Below are positions 45,589 to 55,591 of a DNA stretch of 64,000 nt, in pieces. The notes under the pieces are model-generated. The model was not told where the DNA came from, ran no database searches, and saw nothing but the letters and a program-made list of their open reading frames with translations. Each line of letters begins with the position of its first letter. Within the stretch, counting starts at the first letter, position 1. Source of the stretch: Candidatus Brocadiia bacterium (GTDB lineage: Bacteria; Planctomycetota; PUPC01); assembly GCA_030605345.1 (NCBI GenBank), contig JAUWIN010000002.1:1672-65671 (forward strand). Direction: 5' to 3'. Position numbers and translations under genes: made by a program.

Positions 45589-48240
45589 CTAACACACCTT
45601 GTTTTTCCCGCTGTCCTTTGCCCTGCCCAGCGCCGCCGCAGAGCGGCGTATGAGGCTGGTCGGAGCCAGGTCCTCCTCGCGGAACGAGCCGAGCCCGACG
45701 CTGACGGTGGTCTTGATTGCTTTATCTTTCACCAGGAACTTGTGCTCCTCCACCAAGCTTCGCAGCCGTTCGGCGAACGCCCTGGCGCCCTCCTCGTCGG
45801 TTTCGGGCGCGATGATGAGGAGTTCATCGCCGCCGAACCGTCCGACCACGTCGGTCTCACGTATCCTTTCCTTCAGAAATTTTTTCACTTCCTCCTTTAC
45901 CAGCTCCTCAAGTTGAAGAAGAGTAGTGTCGCCGTTCTCGTAGCCGTACTTCTGGTTGAGGACAGTGAAGTCGTCGATGTCGGGCATCAGGACGGAGAAC
46001 CTGACACCGTACCGTCTGGAGCGTCTGATTTCGCGCTCCATTGCCGCGTAGAGTTGTGGCTTGTCGTGCTCGCGGCAGTCCACCGGCAGTTCGAAGGAGA
46101 ATGCGGCGCCCTCGTCGGGCGTGTTGTCCGCCCATATTCGCCCGCCGTGCTTGGTGATAATCTCCTCGCATATGGGCAGCCCAAGCCCCGTTCCGCCTGT
46201 CCTCCGCGTCATTGAGTGATCAACCTGGTAGAACTTGTCGAAAACGTGCTCCAAGTCCTGCTCTGGGATGCCGGGGCCGGTGTCGGTCACGCTGACGAGG
46301 ACGTATCCTTCGCCGGAGACCGGGGAGCGCTCGCCCGGCGCTCCGACTTGCTGGGCGGGGTCAGGCGGTCGGCGCTTTGCCTCGACCGTAATGTAGCCAC
46401 CTTCCGGGGTGAACTTCAGCGCGTTCCCCAGCAGATTCGTCAAGACCCGTTCGATCAGATCAGGGTCCGCCCAGAGCACGGGCAGGTGGTCCGGCACCCG
46501 CAGGTTGATTTCGACCCGCCTCGGGCGGGCCACGGGGACAAAGACCTGAACCGCCGAGTCCAGCATCTGGCGGAGGTCGAGCGGTGCAAGTTTCATCTCC
46601 ATCTTGCCCGCTTCCAGTTTCGACAAGTCCAGCAGGTCGTTGATCAGCCGTGAAAGCCGGTCGAGGTTGTTCATCATTCTGGTCAGGGTCTCGCGCTGCC
46701 CCTCTGTCAGTTCTCCCTCCACCCCGTCGAGCAGGTTGCTGGAGAACATCTTAACGGAGGCGAGGGGCGTGCGGAGTTCGTGTGAGACCACGGCAACGAA
46801 GTCCGACTTCATCCGGTCGAGTTCGCGCTCGCGGGTAACGTCCCGTATGATGCCCAGCCGCCCGAGGTGCTCGCCCCTGGCGTTCTTGACCGGGCTCACT
46901 GCCACGGCAAGTGCCCTCGGAGTAGGTTCGCCGTCGGCGCTGAATTCCCTGACCGCGCCGGTGCCCTCCATCGGCTCCGCCAGGAACAAACCGATTTCTC
47001 TCCACATCACCGACTTTAAGAAGCTCTCGGTAGTGAACTCCTCGCTGGCTGCCAGGCCGAGCATTGACCTCGCTGCGCGGTTGAGCACACCCAGTTCATC
47101 GTTGGCGTCAAACATCACCACGCCCTCGGACATGCTCGCCACCATCGACTGCATCTTGTCCTGCTCGCCCCGGATGGTATTCTGCAAGCGTTCGACCGTC
47201 TGCCCCATCTTCCGAACGATCGTATGGAGCAGGGCAGTGTCGTCCGCCGAGAACGCGTTTTGGCGCCGGCTGGTGAGGCAGATCATCCCCATCGCCTGGC
47301 TGCCCACCTCCAGGGGCACGGCAACAATGGACTGCGGGGAAGGCCCGTCGGCCGGCGGCAGCCCCCGGCGGAGGGTCTCTAACCTTTCAGACACAGCCGC
47401 TCCGTGTGGCCGCGCCGCCAGGCAGTCCACCAGGCACCGTTTCACCTCGACCACATAGCCCTCGGGCACGTCGTGAAGGACCCGAGTTTCGAAGTCCTCC
47501 CTGCCCCTCAAAATGAGCAGCGAGCAAAACACGTCATAATCCAGAAGTTTCTCCAGCGACGACCCCAGCAGTTTGATGAGGTGCTGATAGCCCAAGCCAT
47601 ACCGCAGCGAACTGGATACCTGGTAGAGGATGTTTGACTCGAACGCGCTGCGCTTGAGTTGCTCCTTCTCGCGGCTCAGTTCAGAGACCAACCGCGAGTT
47701 CTGAATCGCGATGGCCGCCTGGTTCGCCAGCGCCGTGAGGAGGGCAAGATCGTTCTCCGAAAAGGAGATGTCGTCCGAGCGGTTGGTGAGATTGATCACG
47801 CCGAGCACGTCGTCCTTGTGCATCAGCGGAACGATAGCGAAGGAGCCGGTTCGATACTGGCTCTTGCTTTTTCGCTGGAAGCGCGGGTCGCCCTCCAAGT
47901 CGCTGACGACCAGCGGTTCGCCGGACAGGGCGACCTTTCCAGACAACCCTTCACCCGGCACCACCCGGGTGTCAGCCACTACCTGGTCAGGAACATTGCG
48001 CGCCGCTCGAATCCTCATCTCGTTGGTGTCTTCGTCAATCAGCATCAGCGAGACTTTCTCCGCCTGGAAAATGCGGTAGGCACCATCGATGATGCGGTCG
48101 AGGCACTGATCGATATCAAGCGTCGAATTGACGTGCTCGGCCACCTCGTAGAGCAGGGTTAGCCGGGACGTATCTCCTGAGGAACTCCTTTGACCGGTTA
48201 CCTTCCCGCCGGTCTGCGCGCTGACCTGATTCGAAGGCAT
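45589..48240 (-). CDS. Hybrid sensor: tandem GAF domains - histidine kinase (HisKA/HATPase) - C-terminal GGDEF-like domain (GGDEL variant)
   Basis: H-box VSHELRTPLASV, N/G boxes GGTGLGLPICEEIITKHGG, then RFGGDELLIIAP (GG[DE]EF position) near C-terminus. Confidence 0.7.
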   Translation of the reverse strand: MPSNQVSAQTGGKVTGQRSSSGDTSRLTLLYEVAEHVNSTLDIDQCLDRIIDGAYRIFQAEKVSLMLIDEDTNEMRIRAARNVPDQVVADTRVVPGEGLSGKVALSGEPLVVSDLEGDPRFQRKSKSQYRTGSFAIVPLMHKDDVLGVINLTNRSDDISFSENDLALLTALANQAAIAIQNSRLVSELSREKEQLKRSAFESNILYQVSSSLRYGLGYQHLIKLLGSSLEKLLDYDVFCSLLILRGREDFETRVLHDVPEGYVVEVKRCLVDCLAARPHGAAVSERLETLRRGLPPADGPSPQSIVAVPLEVGSQAMGMICLTSRRQNAFSADDTALLHTIVRKMGQTVERLQNTIRGEQDKMQSMVASMSEGVVMFDANDELGVLNRAARSMLGLAASEEFTTESFLKSVMWREIGLFLAEPMEGTGAVREFSADGEPTPRALAVAVSPVKNARGEHLGRLGIIRDVTRERELDRMKSDFVAVVSHELRTPLASVKMFSSNLLDGVEGELTEGQRETLTRMMNNLDRLSRLINDLLDLSKLEAGKMEMKLAPLDLRQMLDSAVQVFVPVARPRRVEINLRVPDHLPVLWADPDLIERVLTNLLGNALKFTPEGGYITVEAKRRPPDPAQQVGAPGERSPVSGEGYVLVSVTDTGPGIPEQDLEHVFDKFYQVDHSMTRRTGGTGLGLPICEEIITKHGGRIWADNTPDEGAAFSFELPVDCREHDKPQLYAAMEREIRRSRRYGVRFSVLMPDIDDFTVLNQKYGYENGDTTLLQLEELVKEEVKKFLKERIRETDVVGRFGGDELLIIAPETDEEGARAFAERLRSLVEEHKFLVKDKAIKTTVSVGLGSFREEDLAPTSLIRRSAAALGRAKDSGKNKVC

Positions 48241-48533
48241 CTAGGGTCCACCCTCCGCAAAAATCATACGAGGCAAACACACCGACCACAGCCGACGGAA
48301 ACGTGCAACGGCGCACAAATCCCGGCCATTCCAGTATCGGCAGGGGCACGGGTAGTATTAAGCTGAATTTTGCCAGATCAACGCGTTGGCCATAAGGTCA
48401 AGCGGCGGCAGCGTTTTCAGAGCTCTGCACCGGAGCGCGGGCATTTGACCTCACACCTCGGCCGGCACCGCCGTAATCGTTCCAAAACCTGTGTAGTGCG
48501 GGGAAAAAGCTAAAGGAGGATGCTCTCCGTTGC

Positions 48534-48800
48534 CGATATGGATAATAGGAGAGTGCAAGAACGGAGGCAATCCGATGAGGATCTGGTCCCGAACTCCGCA
48601 ATCTGGGGTAGAACCGGTCGTATCTGAGCCTCAGAGCCGAAGGGAAGATTTGCCAAGGTCAAAAACATCCCACGGTTCGTGCACTTGGCCGCATATCTTT
48701 GGGAAGACCGCCCTGACTGCGACCTAAGAGCTGTATGCTGAACCGACTGGGGTAGGGGGGCTTCACGCTCAGAAAAATATCACACGATCTTTGCAACGGT
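48534..48800. repeat. Copy A of a ~250 nt non-coding repeat element (core 48669..48799 ~90% identical to 54457..54587)
   Basis: Direct comparison of the two intergenic regions: shared cccacggttcg..ccgcatatctttggga..gactgcgacctaagagc..tgctgaacc..ggtaggggggcttcacgct.agaaaaatatcacacgatcttt; weaker similarity extends ~130 nt upstream. Confidence 0.55.
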
Positions 48801-48818
48801 TACCAGATTGGTTTTGGC

Positions 48819-48847
48819 TTGACGCACATACAACGCATCAGCATAAT
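48819..48847 (+). promoter_or_regulatory. sigma70-like promoter TTGACG-17-CATAAT upstream of purF, immediately after repeat copy A
   Basis: Read directly: ttgacgcacatacaacgcatcagcataat. Confidence 0.4.
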
Positions 48848-49034
48848 ATGCAAACTTCAGTCACCGGACCACCCGAGAGACTCGTGATCGGCAAGAAACA
48901 AAACGAGGTGCCGGGTGCTTCTTTCCTGCCGCAGCCGACGATTGCATAAAGCCCGGCCGACCGGTCGAGAGACGCACAACCTTTCCAGCGACGCTTCCGA
49001 CATCTGTGAACTCAGAAAGGCACGGTAACCCGGA

Positions 49035-50435
49035 ATGGCAGGTCCACGCGAGTACTGCGGCGTCTTCGGCATCTTCGGCGACAATTGCGCCGCCGACCGG
49101 GCATATTTCGGCCTCTACGCCCTGCAACATCGGGGCCAGGAGAGCGCCGGCATCGTGACATCGGACGGCAAAGCCCTGCACGTGCGCCGCGGCATGGGGC
49201 TGGTCCCGCAGGTGTTCAGTCCGGGTGACTTTGAATCGACCCGCGTCGGCAGCGCCGCCATCGGGCACAATCGCTACTCGACGACAGGCACGTCCGACAT
49301 CGTCAACGCGCAGCCCATCGTCGTGCAGTTCAAGAGCGGCTGGATCGCAGCGGCGCACAACGGCAACCTCACGAATGCCGCCGAGCTGCGCCGAATGATG
49401 GAAGAGGACGGCTCGATCTTTCACGCCACCAGCGACACCGCAGTCGTCGTGCACCTGATTGCGCGGTCGAAAGAGAAAAGAATCGAAGACATGGTCTTCG
49501 ACGCGCTCAGCCAGTACGAGGGCGCCTTCAGCTTCGTCTTCCTGACGCCCACGCAGCTCATCGCCGCGCGCGACCCACGCGGGGTCCGCCCGCTCTGCCT
49601 CGGCAAGCTCGACGGCGCGGCAGTTGTCGCATCGGAATCTTGCGCTCTCGATATCATGAAAGCCGAGTACGTCCGGGACATCGAGCCGGGCGAGGTGCTC
49701 GTCATCGACAAGGACGCTCAGAGATCGCTCCGACTGCCGGAGGCCCCGCGTCTGGCGAAGTGTATTTTCGAGTTCATCTACTTCTCTCGTCCGGACAGCG
49801 TGATCTTCGGCGAGAACGTGGACAAGATCCGGCGCCGCCTGGGGCACCTCCTTGCGGAGGCCCCGGCCGATGCGGACATCGTGATCGCCGTGCCCGACTC
49901 CGCCAACACGGCCGCCTTGGGATACGCGGAGTAATCGGGCATCCCTTTCGAGATTGGCCTCATCCGAAACCACTACATCGGGCGGACGTTCATCTCGCCG
50001 CGGCAGGACGAGCGCGACCGCGACGTACGCGTGAAGTTCAACCCCGTCGCCAGCGTCTTGAGGGACAAGCGTGTGGTGCTGGTCGAGGACTCGATTGTGC
50101 GCGGCACGACACTGCGGAATCTCGTTCGGCTGGTCCGCAGCGGAGGCGCGGCCAAGGTCCACGTGCGCGTCAGCTCGCCGCCCATCATCGCACCGTGCTT
50201 CTACGGAATCGACATACCGACCAAGGCCGAGCTGATCGCCGCGAACAAGTCACTCGACGAAATCCGCGAGTTCGTCGGCGCCGACTCGCTCGAGTACCTC
50301 TCACCCGACAGCTTGCGGAAGGCGGTCGACAATCCGGAGAACTTCTGCATGGGCTGCTTCACCGACAGCTATCCCGCACCCCTGCCGAAAGAGTTCGACA
50401 AGAAAATGTTTGGAGCAGGAACAAGTGACCAGTGA
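49035..50435 (+). CDS. purF: Amidophosphoribosyltransferase PurF, interrupted by in-frame TAA at 49932..49934
   Basis: N-terminal Ntn-glutaminase domain ([10 protein letters not shown] with propeptide) in ORF 49035..49934 and PRTase domain in ORF 50031..50435 are in the same frame; sequence reads ...[24 protein letters not shown] where PurF proteins have ...YAEESGIP... Confidence 0.8.
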
Positions 50436-50737
50436 TAAGTAACTTGCGACATGCCAAAGACTATCGAGATTTGCTTGCCTACCGGAAGGCGGCTCATGTG
50501 ACATATTCCATCTTTGAATTGATGCGAAGCCTTCCAAAGGCTGAAACGTACTGCCTGACCGATCAAGTGCGGCGTTCATCTCGCTCCGTCGGCGCACAGA
50601 TCGCCGCCGGATACACGCTCGACGACATACAGAACGGCATCACGCCCGTCTACGAGTCCGTCGACACGTGCGCGGCCGAGTTCACAGCATTCACCCCTTA
50701 CTACTATTCGAGCTATGAAAAAGAAACCGGAGCCTGA
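50432..50737 (+). CDS. Four-helix-bundle protein (23S rRNA intervening-sequence protein family)
   Basis: ~100 aa helical ORF with ...[10 protein letters not shown]...[10 protein letters not shown]... resembling the S23-ribosomal/IVS four-helix-bundle family; overlaps purF stop and annotated guaA start. Confidence 0.45.
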   Translation: MISNLRHAKDYRDLLAYRKAAHVTYSIFELMRSLPKAETYCLTDQVRRSSRSVGAQIAAGYTLDDIQNGITPVYESVDTCAAEFTAFTPYYYSSYEKETGA

Positions 50738-52319
50738 TCCCCACCGCGCGCGGGCAAATAAGAACAACGAGGCCGACGGGCCGAAAGAGCTTGTGGCAAT
50801 TCTTGATTTCGGCTCGCAGTACACGCAACTCATAGCGCGGAGCGTGCGCGAGCTTGGCGAATACTCGGAAATCGTACGCCACGACATCCGAGCGGCGAAG
50901 TTGGCCGCTCGCAAGCCGAAGGCCATCATCCTCTCCGGCGGGCCGGCGAGCGTCCCGGCCAAGAGCAGCCCGCGCTGCGACAAGGCCATCTTCGAGCTCG
51001 GCGCGCCCGTCCTCGGCATCTGCTACGGCATGGAGCTCATAGCCCACATGCTCGGCGGGGTCGTCGTCGGCTCCGACGAACGCGAATACGGCCACGCGTT
51101 GCTCAACGTTACAAAAAGCTGCGCTCTGTTCAAGGGGCTCGGCAAGAAGTTCTCCGTCTGGATGAGCCACGGTGACCGTGTCGAGAAACTCCCACGCGGA
51201 TTCGACGTCATCGGCCAAAGCTACAGTTCGCCGGTCGCGGCGATGCGTCACCGTTCGCAAAAGCTTTACGGCGTCCAGTTCCATCCAGAAGTAGTCCACA
51301 CACCCAACGGCACGAAGATTCTGCGGAACTTTCTCTTCAACGTGGCGAAGTGTCATGGCAAGTGGAGCATGGCCTCGTTCGCCGAGACGACCATCGCTGA
51401 AATCCGCGAGCACGTCGGCTCCGACCGCGTCCTGTGCGGGATAAGCGGCGGCGTGGATTCTTCCGTGCTCGCCTGCCTGCTTCACCGCGCCATCGGCGAC
51501 CAACTTCAGTGCGTACTTGTCAACAACGGCCTCTTGCGGAAGAACGAACACCGCGAGGTGGTCGACACGTTCAAAAAATCCATCGGCCTGGACGTGAAAT
51601 ACGTGAACGCATCGAGTGAGTTTCTCAAGCGGCTCCGAGGCGTGGCCAGCCCGGAGCGGAAACGGCACATCATCGGCAACGCGTTCGTCCGCGTTTTCGA
51701 GCGGACGGTGAAGGAACTTGGCCAGTTCAAGTACCTCGCGCAGGGCACGCTCTATCCCGACGTAGTAGAGAGCAACTCCGCGTTCGGCGGGCCGTCGGCC
51801 GTGATCAAGACGCACCACAACGTCGGCGGGCTGCCCGAGCGGATGACGTTCAAGCTGATCGAGCCGTTCCGGTACCTGTTCAAGGACGAAGTCCGGCAGC
51901 TGGGGAGAGAGATCAAGGTCCCGGAGAAGACGATCTGGCGGCATCCGTTCCCCGGGCCCGGCCTGGCCGTTCGCATCATCGGCCCCATCACTCGCGGCAA
52001 GTTGCGGGTGCTGCGTGACGCCGACGCGATCTTCATCGAGGAATTGCGAGCTAACAAGCTCTACGGCAAAATCTGGCAGGCGGTCGCCGTGTTGCTCTCG
52101 GGCAAGGCGGTCGGCGTGATGGGCGACGAACGGACCTACGCAAACGTAATCGGGCTGCGCGCGGTCACCAGCCGCGACGGGATGACGGCCGACTGGGCCC
52201 GAATTCCGCAGAAGGTGCTGGCGCACATCGCCAACCGAATCATCAACGAGGTGAAGGGCGTCAACCGGGTCGTGTACGACGTCAGCTCGAAGCCACCGAG
52301 CACGATCGAATGGGAATAG
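50715..52319 (+). CDS. guaA: GMP synthase (glutamine-hydrolysing) GuaA
   Basis: [20 protein letters not shown]ase N-terminus, [10 protein letters not shown]-loop, C-terminal dimerisation domain; true start may be GTG at 50793. Confidence 0.85.
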   Translation: MKKKPEPDPHRARANKNNEADGPKELVAILDFGSQYTQLIARSVRELGEYSEIVRHDIRAAKLAARKPKAIILSGGPASVPAKSSPRCDKAIFELGAPVLGICYGMELIAHMLGGVVVGSDEREYGHALLNVTKSCALFKGLGKKFSVWMSHGDRVEKLPRGFDVIGQSYSSPVAAMRHRSQKLYGVQFHPEVVHTPNGTKILRNFLFNVAKCHGKWSMASFAETTIAEIREHVGSDRVLCGISGGVDSSVLACLLHRAIGDQLQCVLVNNGLLRKNEHREVVDTFKKSIGLDVKYVNASSEFLKRLRGVASPERKRHIIGNAFVRVFERTVKELGQFKYLAQGTLYPDVVESNSAFGGPSAVIKTHHNVGGLPERMTFKLIEPFRYLFKDEVRQLGREIKVPEKTIWRHPFPGPGLAVRIIGPITRGKLRVLRDADAIFIEELRANKLYGKIWQAVAVLLSGKAVGVMGDERTYANVIGLRAVTSRDGMTADWARIPQKVLAHIANRIINEVKGVNRVVYDVSSKPPSTIEWE

Positions 52320-52380
52320 AAGAACCCCGAGTCCGGGTGCCTCGAACTCGGAACTCGAAACTAAACAGATTGGAGAGGCC

Positions 52381-53976
52381 ATGGCAAAGTACGTGTTTGT
52401 GACAGGCGGCGTGGTCTCGTCGTTGGGCAAGGGCATCACGGCGGCATCGATCGGCTGCATGCTCAAATCGTATGGCCTGCGCGTGAACATGCTCAAGATC
52501 GACCCATACCTCAACGTCGACCCCGGCACAATGGGCCCCTACCAGCACGGCGAAGTATACGTGACCGACGACGGGGCCGAGACCGACCTCGACCTCGGCA
52601 ACTACGAGCGCTACCTCGACAAGAACATGGGCCGGAAGAACAACATCACCACCGGCTCGGTCTACGAGACGATTCTGAAGAAGGAACGGCGCGGCGACTT
52701 CCTCGGCGGCACGGTCCAAGTGATACCGCACGTCGTCAATGAGATCAAGTCGCGTATCCGCGCGCTCGGGCCGGGCAGCGACGTGGTCATCATCGAGGTC
52801 GGCGGGACCACCGGCGACATCGAAGGGCTGCCGTTCCTCGAGGCCATTCGGCAGTTCCCCTTCGACGTCGGCCACGGAAACGTGTGCTACGTTCACGTCA
52901 CTCTTATCCCCTACATCCGCGCGGCCCAGGAGATGAAGACGAAGCCGACGCAGCAGAGCGTCGCCAAGCTCCGCGAGATCGGCGTCCAGCCCGACGCTAT
53001 CATCTGCCGCACCGAACGCCCGCTCACCAAGGGAATGAAGGAGAAAATTTCCCTCTTCTGCAACGTACCCGTCCACGCCGTAATCGAGGAACTCGACGTA
53101 CAGACCTCGATCTACGAAGTGCCCAGCGAACTCGAGCGGCTCGGCCTCGGCAAGATCCTGCTCAGGAATCTCGGCCTCAAGAAGAAGCACCGGCGGAAGA
53201 ACGGGCTGGACAGGTATGTCGACGTCCTGCGGAACGCCGAGCAGACCGTCAGGGTCGGCGTCGCCGGGAAATACACGCACCTCAAGGACGCCTATAAGAG
53301 CATCTGGGACGCCCTTATCCACGCGGGCGTCGCCAACGGCGTCAAGGTGGCCATCAAGTACATCGACGTCGAGAAGCCCGATCTCGAAGACCAGCTCGCG
53401 AAAGCCGACGGCATCCTCATCCCCGGCGGATTCGGCGACCGCGGCAGCGAGGGCAAGATCGACACGGTCCGCTACGCTCGCGAGAACAAAGTCCCGTTCC
53501 TCGGTCTTTGTGTCGGCATGCAGATCGCTGTGATCGAGTTCGCCCGGAACGTGTGCGGCCTGAAGGGAGCCAACAGTACCGAGTTCACGCTCCGCACGAA
53601 ACACCCCATTATTGATCTCCTGCCGGAGCAGCGGAAGATCCGCAACATGGGCGCGACGATGCGGCTCGGCGCCTATCCATGCGTACTCAAGCCGGGCACG
53701 TTCTCGCGCCGGGCCTATGGCAAGGAACTCATCTCAGAGCGCCACCGCCACCGCTACGAACTGAATAATAAGTACCGCCGCACGCTCGAGAAGCACGGAA
53801 TGGTGATCGCGGGCGAGCATAAGAAGAAGCAGCTTGGCGAAATCGTCGAGATTCCAGATCATCCGTGGTTCGTGGCAACGCAGTTCCATCCCGAGTTCAA
53901 AAGCCGTCCCCTCCGGCCGCACCCTCTCTTCCGTGAATTCATCAAGGCCGCGAAGAAGAACAGCTGCAAGAGGTGA
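52381..53976 (+). CDS. pyrG: CTP synthase PyrG
   Basis: MAKYVFVTGGVVSSLGKGITAASIG N-terminus, GATase C-terminal domain (GLCVGMQ), 531 aa. Confidence 0.9.
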   Translation: MAKYVFVTGGVVSSLGKGITAASIGCMLKSYGLRVNMLKIDPYLNVDPGTMGPYQHGEVYVTDDGAETDLDLGNYERYLDKNMGRKNNITTGSVYETILKKERRGDFLGGTVQVIPHVVNEIKSRIRALGPGSDVVIIEVGGTTGDIEGLPFLEAIRQFPFDVGHGNVCYVHVTLIPYIRAAQEMKTKPTQQSVAKLREIGVQPDAIICRTERPLTKGMKEKISLFCNVPVHAVIEELDVQTSIYEVPSELERLGLGKILLRNLGLKKKHRRKNGLDRYVDVLRNAEQTVRVGVAGKYTHLKDAYKSIWDALIHAGVANGVKVAIKYIDVEKPDLEDQLAKADGILIPGGFGDRGSEGKIDTVRYARENKVPFLGLCVGMQIAVIEFARNVCGLKGANSTEFTLRTKHPIIDLLPEQRKIRNMGATMRLGAYPCVLKPGTFSRRAYGKELISERHRHRYELNNKYRRTLEKHGMVIAGEHKKKQLGEIVEIPDHPWFVATQFHPEFKSRPLRPHPLFREFIKAAKKNSCKR

Positions 53977-54013
53977 GAGAGGGTCAGGGGTTATTGAAGC
54001 TCATATTGACAAT

Positions 54014-54050
54014 GGGACCCCAAGAAACAGCAGAGGTCCCTCGTTTCGCT
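54014..54050 (+). terminator. Possible weak terminator hairpin after pyrG (GGGACC-15nt-GGTCCC followed by T-rich tract)
   Basis: Read directly; loop is long so confidence is low. Confidence 0.25.
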
Positions 54051-54351
54051 CAGGATGACGGCAACTGCTTCGCAACTGTGCTGCGTGAACAAAACGCGTC
54101 ATTCTGAGCGCCACCGAAGAATCTCATGGCTTCGTCCTGCGATTCCATTACCAACATGGGCTCAATGGTCTCGCCAGCTTGTTATGTCATCTTCCGTGCC
54201 GTCTTCTCCGTCAAGCCCGACGGGGACACTTTGTGCATTGTCTTGTCCTGTCCCAGTGCCGATCACAAATTGCGGCTCGTTGTCCGGGTCCTAGTAATGG
54301 CCAAACTAACGCGTAATCGGGGTAGGACCGGCAAGAGGAAAACGACGGCCA

Positions 54352-54590
54352 CGATGATAATGAGGCCAAAGAGAATGCACCGGCCTGGCCAGAACAACCA
54401 CCGAACCGAAAGCGCCTGCCGGAATGTTCTTGCAGGAATTCGTCAACAACGGACAGCCCACGGTTCGGGCAGTTGACCGCATATCTTTGGGAAAACCGCC
54501 ATGACTGCGACCTAAGAGCCGTGTGCTGAACCGGCTGCGGTAGGGGGGGCTTCACGCTGAGAAAAATATCACACGATCTTTGGAAGGATT
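54352..54590. repeat. Copy B of the ~250 nt non-coding repeat element (core 54457..54587)
   Basis: See copy A; lies 20 nt upstream of a consensus promoter. Confidence 0.55.
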
Positions 54591-54607
54591 ACGCATCGCC
54601 AGCTCGG

Positions 54608-54636
54608 TTGACAATTCCACCTCCCTATCGTATTAT
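54608..54636 (+). promoter_or_regulatory. Near-consensus sigma70 promoter TTGACA-17-TATTAT; predicted TSS only a few nt before the CAP-gene ATG (leaderless or very short leader)
   Basis: Read directly: ttgacaattccacctccctatcgtattat then gtagtgagtaATG. Confidence 0.45.
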
Positions 54637-54646
54637 GTAGTGAGTA

Positions 54647-55549
54647 ATGGACGAGCAATCAGAATCCGGAGCTGAACAGAGCGAACCCCCTGGACGGTCT
54701 CAATTCCTGCCCCCGGCGGTACGTTCCTTTCTTCTGGCCAGCCTAATCCTCGCGACACTTCTGCCCGTTGTCCACGCCGGTGAGCCTCCCTGCGCGGCGC
54801 TGGAGAAGAAGATGTTCGCGCTGGCGAACAAGGACCGGAAGAAACGCAAAAAAAAACCGTTGAAGTATGATGAGCGGCTGGCCTGTATCGCCCGGGCACA
54901 CAGTGCCGACATGGTGCGGAATAAGTTTTTCGCCCACAAGTCGCCCACCACTGGGAAGGTAGGCGACCGGCTTTTCACCGCAAAGGTGAAGGTGACCAGC
55001 TGCGGCGAGAACATCGCCATGAATACTTCCGTCGAGCGGGCACACATAGAACTGATGAATAGCCCCGGGCACCGAAAGAATATTCTCCGCCGCACGTTCA
55101 CACGCTGCGGCATCGGGATCATCCGGGCAGACAATGGCCTCCTGTATGCGACACAAGTGTTCGCCGAACCCGCGCCGGAGGTGGACCTGGAAAAGCTCAG
55201 AGCCGACATCGTCGCGAAGCTGAACAAGACAAGGAGCAAGCTCGGCAGGCCCGCGTTGGAGGTAAGCCCGGTGCTGTGTCGCCTCGCGGCGAGGCAGGCT
55301 GAAGCCATGGCCAAGGCGGGCGAGCCGATTGCGCTGGATGCCGGGGCTATGGCAAAACAGGCAGGACTCAACCGCAAACGATTGCACGTGGGACACATTG
55401 TCACCTGGAACCCGGAAGACCTCGCGGGAATGTCCCCGCTGCTTAAGCCGCAGGTTGGGCAATTGGGCTTGGGCTTCGCGGAAAACACCGAGCACAAGGA
55501 ACTGGGTTATGGAATCATCTGTGCAGTGGTATTGTTCACAAATGACTGA
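54647..55549 (+). CDS. Secreted CAP-domain (SCP/PR-1-like) protein, apparently two CAP repeats
   Basis: Signal-peptide-like segment then FFAHKSPTTGKVGDRL...GENIAMN and a second diverged repeat; CAP/SCP signature. Confidence 0.6.
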   Translation: MDEQSESGAEQSEPPGRSQFLPPAVRSFLLASLILATLLPVVHAGEPPCAALEKKMFALANKDRKKRKKKPLKYDERLACIARAHSADMVRNKFFAHKSPTTGKVGDRLFTAKVKVTSCGENIAMNTSVERAHIELMNSPGHRKNILRRTFTRCGIGIIRADNGLLYATQVFAEPAPEVDLEKLRADIVAKLNKTRSKLGRPALEVSPVLCRLAARQAEAMAKAGEPIALDAGAMAKQAGLNRKRLHVGHIVTWNPEDLAGMSPLLKPQVGQLGLGFAENTEHKELGYGIICAVVLFTND

Positions 55550-55591
55550 ACCTCTGCCGCCACAATTCACCGGGGACTCGCCACAGGCCGT

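Noticed and set aside
48848-49034. Calling the purF leader a ZTP riboswitch
   Set aside because: Only partial resemblance to the conserved 5' (CGUGACUGGCG) and 3' (CCGACCG.CUGGGC) cores; kept only as a low-interest hypothesis, not a feature.
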